This document shows positions 61,587 to 64,000 of a stretch of 64,000 bases of DNA, piece by piece; within the stretch, counting starts at the first letter, position 1; each line of letters starts with the position of its first letter. Under the pieces are notes generated by a model, which worked only from the letters and a program-made list of their open reading frames with translations, made no database searches and had not been told where the DNA came from. The stretch is taken from assembly GCA_964513965.1 (NCBI GenBank), contig CAZEOO010000005.1:42651-106650 (forward strand), written 5' to 3'. The DNA is from an uncultured Chthoniobacteraceae bacterium (GTDB lineage: Bacteria > Verrucomicrobiota > Verrucomicrobiia > Chthoniobacterales > Chthoniobacteraceae). Position numbers and translations under genes: made by a program.

Positions 61587-62762
61587 ATGAAAGGTAAAAA
61601 CATGAAAACAAACATTCGTCTCCTCACTCTGACGCTCATCGGCGCGCTGACTTTCTGCGGGGTCAGCCAAATCCGAGCAAGTTATGATGCTGATACCACA
61701 GCGTTTGCTTTTGTCAGTTCCACCACTTCCCTCGGGGTCGACTTCAATGGCGGTTTCAGTGTGAACAGCGGCACCGCCCACCTGTGGAGCACTGCTACCT
61801 CCACGGGCACCGGCGGCTATAACATTGCCAACGTCAACACCGGCGCCACGGTCGTGGTCAGCGGCTCCACGCTGGACGGCAACATCTATGGCGATCCGTT
61901 CGGCATCTACCTCCCTTTTTCTTCCGGCACTTTCTATGCCGCAACCTATAATGGCAACTCTGGGACCAACGCAGGCGGCCTTTGGCGTTACAACAACGGC
62001 CCATGGAGTAAGCAAGGCGTTTTCAGCGGCCTGTTCGCGGCGGCCTACGGAGGCACCACCACTCACCTGTATCTCTCCGGCTTGAACGCGGCCTGGAGCG
62101 GCACCTATGGGCAAAATAACGTCATTGCTGTGTACCCCGGCAGCGGCACCTTCCAGCCCATCATTTCGGCCACCGGCAACTCCGCCGCCGTCGCAGTCGA
62201 TAACGCGGGCAACGTCTATTATGCCGATTACCCATCAAGCGGCACGGCCTACCTTCGCCGCTGGTCGGCCACCGATGTCCAAAACGCTATCAACAGCGGC
62301 GGAACGACTGTCCTCAGCTACGCCAACGCTACCATCCTGACCGCTCTGCCTGCGGGGGGAAGAGCCTCCGGTATTGCCGTGGACAGCGGCACCAATGTCT
62401 TCCTTTCCTACAACACCGGTAGCAGCGGCGGTATTGCGGTGTGGACTGGCGGCAACAGCACCTTTGACATCACTTCTCCCGTCGCCGTTATGACGCCCAC
62501 TCCGGACGGATATTGGGACTGGGCAGGCTCCCTTTTCGCCGTTGGGGATGTCATATCGGGCAGCGGTACGCTCTATGCAGGCAGCACTGCCATGTTGAAC
62601 GATCTGACCCTGATCACCGTGGGTGCGAATGCCGCCAAGCTCAAAGCCGCACCGCAGGTCAAGGCTCCCGCCAAGGCCGTGATTGTGAAACAACCCACAG
62701 CCGTTTCCAACCGCGACGCCATTGAGCAACTCATCAAGGCACGCAATAAACCAACCCAATAA
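61587..62762 (+). CDS. secreted protein with NHL/beta-propeller-like repeats, unknown function
   Basis: Signal peptide MKGKNMKTNIRLLTLTLIGALTFCGVSQIRA and repeat hints AVAVDNAGNVYYAD and GIAVDSGTNVFLSY. ATG at 61587 (or 61602) is preferred over the track start at 61506. Confidence 0.55.
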   Translation: MKGKNMKTNIRLLTLTLIGALTFCGVSQIRASYDADTTAFAFVSSTTSLGVDFNGGFSVNSGTAHLWSTATSTGTGGYNIANVNTGATVVVSGSTLDGNIYGDPFGIYLPFSSGTFYAATYNGNSGTNAGGLWRYNNGPWSKQGVFSGLFAAAYGGTTTHLYLSGLNAAWSGTYGQNNVIAVYPGSGTFQPIISATGNSAAVAVDNAGNVYYADYPSSGTAYLRRWSATDVQNAINSGGTTVLSYANATILTALPAGGRASGIAVDSGTNVFLSYNTGSSGGIAVWTGGNSTFDITSPVAVMTPTPDGYWDWAGSLFAVGDVISGSGTLYAGSTAMLNDLTLITVGANAAKLKAAPQVKAPAKAVIVKQPTAVSNRDAIEQLIKARNKPTQ

Positions 62763-62769
62763 CATCCCC

Positions 62770-64000
62770 GTGAATCGACTGCAAAACAAACTCCTTTTAA
62801 CCCTCACCCTCACGCTGGCGGCCCTGGCCGCCAGCGTCCGGGCGTCCAATGTCTCCTGGAACGCCACCACCGGCGACTGGTCCAACGGCGCCAACTGGTC
62901 CACCTCCGGCACCCCGGCTTCCAGCGACACCGTTTATGTCAACAACGGCGGCACGGTCACGGTGAGTTCTTCCGTCAACAGCACCAACGCTTACCTCGGT
63001 TACACGAGCGGCAGCGCGGTGAGCGGCAATGCCATCGTTAGTGGCACCGCCGTATGGAACAATTCAAACAGCTTCATTCTTGGCAACTACGCCAACAATA
63101 CCGCCAGCGTGCAGGTAAGCGGCAGCGCCAAGGTTCTGAGCAAGACCACTGCCATCGGTAAAAGCGGCAACGGAACCCTCACGATCAGCGACCACGGATC
63201 ATGGGTCAATTCAGGTGCAACCAATGGAAATTTCACCATTGGCAATGCCAGCAGCGGTACCGGCACCCTCAATCTCACTGATTATGCCCTTCTGCAAAAT
63301 GCGGGCTCAGTTTATTTGGGAGGTGCCGCCGGCACCGGACACGGCATCCTCAATGTCAGCGACAATGCCTCCGTCATCACCACCTGGATTACCATCACCA
63401 ACGACTCTGTCGTAAATTTGTCCGGCAACGCCTCTGTCATTTCCGGTTCAACGGTCGGTATCTTGTTCTACAAGTCCCAAAACGCCACGCTGAATATCCT
63501 TAGTGACAAAGTCAAAATCACCGGATCAGACGGCACCACTACCGTCCATATTGATGACGCCGGCAGCCAGGGCATCGTTAATTTCAACCACCGAGGCAAC
63601 CTGACCTTTGCCAATGTGATTAGCGGCTCCAACATCGCCGTCAACGCCGTCAGCGGCACCACCACGCTCACCGGCAGCAACGTCCACAGCAGCACCACGG
63701 TCGACAGCGGTGCAAAGTTGGTGGCTGGCAACGCCAACGCCCTCGGCAGTGGCACCGGCGGTGTGCTTGTCAACAGCGGCGGCATTCTAGCGCTTGGCAC
63801 GGACGTCCACGCACTGACCCTTGGTGGCGACCTTACCATCCACGGGACTTTGAGCCTCGAAGTCGGTGATGTTATTACCGGCAGCGGTGCCCTCCTCCTT
63901 GACGGCAGCCTTTCCATCGACGCCAGCGACATAGATCTCGCCGCTCTCGACAAACTGAACCTGAATGATTTCTTCAGCGGCTTTGCCAGCAAGGATTATA
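62770..64000 (+). CDS. autotransporter-associated beta-strand repeat surface protein, 5' part (runs off the window end)
   Basis: GTG at 62770, then signal-like NRLQNKLLLTLTLTLAALAASVRA and SNVSWNATTGDWSNGANWS, as in the other repeat proteins. I checked the frame codon by codon and it is open to base 64000. It is absent from the ORF track because there is no stop. Confidence 0.75.
   Translation, partial: MNRLQNKLLLTLTLTLAALAASVRASNVSWNATTGDWSNGANWSTSGTPASSDTVYVNNGGTVTVSSSVNSTNAYLGYTSGSAVSGNAIVSGTAVWNNSNSFILGNYANNTASVQVSGSAKVLSKTTAIGKSGNGTLTISDHGSWVNSGATNGNFTIGNASSGTGTLNLTDYALLQNAGSVYLGGAAGTGHGILNVSDNASVITTWITITNDSVVNLSGNASVISGSTVGILFYKSQNATLNILSDKVKITGSDGTTTVHIDDAGSQGIVNFNHRGNLTFANVISGSNIAVNAVSGTTTLTGSNVHSSTTVDSGAKLVAGNANALGSGTGGVLVNSGGILALGTDVHALTLGGDLTIHGTLSLEVGDVITGSGALLLDGSLSIDASDIDLAALDKLNLNDFFSGFASKDY

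Overview
GC-rich chromosomal window. I ran no searches and computed no GC values. The gene content points to a Verrucomicrobiota/PVC-group bacterium: PEP-CTERM proteins built from autotransporter-associated beta-strand repeats, DUF1559 (H-X9-DG-like) pseudopilins, and GH78 and heparinase-type glycan genes. This assignment is inference.

Layout:
1. 0-8.8 kb, replication-origin neighbourhood: a partial unknown gene, bioD, a small membrane protein, dnaN, dnaA, a 0.4-kb gap carrying DnaA boxes (candidate oriC), a CbpA-like J-protein, a SurA-like PPIase, pdxA, a TVP38-family membrane protein, a small unknown ORF and tRNA-Pro.
2. 9-27.3 kb, surface and glycan block: a PEP-CTERM beta-strand-repeat protein, two tandem paralogous secreted proteins of unknown family, LacI, a CaCA antiporter, an ADP-ribosylglycohydrolase-family protein, GH78 alpha-L-rhamnosidase, AraC, a second LacI, two tandem CBM-like secreted proteins and a heparinase II/III-like lipoprotein.
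3. 27.3-35 kb, a self-contained fructose PTS unit: DeoR-type fruR, then divergently fruA, fruB (an EIIA-HPr-EI fusion), fruK and an OprB-type porin. The divergent promoter region holds a dense array of TTCGAA palindromes.
4. 35-44.1 kb: a Gfo/Idh/MocA oxidoreductase, a sialate-O-acetylesterase-like esterase and a 1771-aa PEP-CTERM repeat protein.
5. 44.4-50.9 kb: hemW, then a tight pilB-like / pilT / pilB-like / cvpA operon.
6. 51.2-53.5 kb: two Gfo/Idh/MocA oxidoreductases.
7. 53.7-57.9 kb: tRNA-Asn followed by a visibly AT-richer, integrase-less island remnant. It carries an AbiEi/AbiEii toxin-antitoxin pair with a clear operator-like inverted repeat, an orphan HipB-like XRE gene, a ParB-like HTH gene and a 5'-truncated FGGY sugar-kinase pseudogene.
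8. 58.3-64 kb: a three-gene operon (PEP-CTERM protein, DUF1559 pseudopilin, GspG-like pseudopilin), a roughly 0.95-kb non-coding gap, a secreted NHL-like protein, and a GTG-started beta-strand-repeat protein that runs off the window end.

No rRNA genes, CRISPR arrays or intact mobile elements were seen.

Best candidates for something undescribed:
- the PEP-CTERM + pseudopilin operon (58.3-60.6 kb);
- the tandem unknown secreted paralogs (11.0-14.6 kb);
- the pilB-pilT-pilB-cvpA unit;
- the tRNA-Asn island edge, which carries a 17-nt inverted copy of the tRNA anticodon arm.

Many long ORFs in the supplied track are antisense shadow ORFs of real genes and were not reported.
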